Assembly: GCA_046301395.1 (NCBI GenBank)
Contig: JBKCKE010000077.1
Span: forward strand, 1 to 60,619
Reading direction: 5' to 3'
Origin: Verrucomicrobiota bacterium
GTDB lineage: Bacteria > Verrucomicrobiota > Verrucomicrobiia > Opitutales > UBA953
DNA length: 60,619 nucleotides
The notes beneath the pieces were generated by a model. It was not told where the DNA came from, searched no databases, and was given only the letters and a program-made list of their open reading frames with translations. Below, piece by piece: positions 60,268 to 60,619 of the stretch (the first letter of the stretch is position 1; every line of letters starts with the position of its first letter). The position numbers and the translations under genes are program-made.

Positions 60268-60619
60268 CGTGAGATCCGCGTCCGTCTCCGGACGATTGCA
60301 ACGTTTCAAGGAATCCGAACAGCCGACCTTGCGGACCCAGCCCTCGTTTGGAAGGTTGAGCCGATAAACGAGCTCGAATGTTCGGGGAATTAGGCCGCGC
60401 CGGATATCCGCCATCAAAGCGGGCCGACTGCGAGTGCCGGGGTATCTACTGCGAGAGGAGCCAAACGTCAAGGTCGGCACCGTCGCGGCCCGCCCCGGCC
60501 GCAGCTCGGGGAAACCGGGACTGAGCCCCTCAATTCAAGCACTTAGCGGGGCGACCGGCGGTTCGCCTCCCCGCCGTCGGCGGCGGCGGCCGGGTCGATT
60601 ACCCGGCAAAGCTCTTCTG

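Overview
This is a high-GC window made almost entirely of housekeeping genes. I see no CRISPR array, transposase, integrase, phage gene or recognisable defence or toxin module, and I could not identify a convincing novel multi-gene system. Taxon calls below come from my memory of protein families, not from a search.

The window seems to hold two different organisms joined inside rpoB.
- **Left part (1 to about 51.3 kb):** it looks like a PVC/Verrucomicrobiota-type genome.
  - Genes: mfd, a parvulin PPIase, malQ, ettA, nusA-infB-rbfA, mcsB-mcsA, a KAS+ACP pair, tRNA-Ala(GGC), a 3'-5' exonuclease, a secreted FAD oxidoreductase, glutathione peroxidase, a SulP transporter, clpC, nrnA-truB-ribF, mpl, hpf, recN-yggS, a LysR regulator and sppA.
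  - An operon of a beta-barrel protein, a Wza-like protein, a Wzc-like protein and an M48 peptidase, followed by rpoC.
- **Right part (about 51.3 to 60.6 kb):** secE-nusG-rplK-rplA, a 2-hydroxyacid dehydrogenase, rplJ-rplL and most of rpoB. These proteins read as alphaproteobacterial (Bradyrhizobium/Nitrobacteraceae-like).
- **The switch:** it falls in-frame within the universally conserved C-terminal block of rpoB. An assembly chimera is the most likely explanation.

Other points worth a second look:
- an in-frame TAA at a conserved Tyr codon of the M48 peptidase;
- a short OPX protein paired with a separate beta-barrel in an export operon that has no glycosyltransferases;
- an intrinsic-terminator-like leader upstream of nusA;
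- a 278-nt repeat-bearing, hairpin-rich spacer between hpf and mpl.

Start codons were chosen by eye from the ORF track and are approximate. The many long antisense ORFs are treated as high-GC shadow ORFs.
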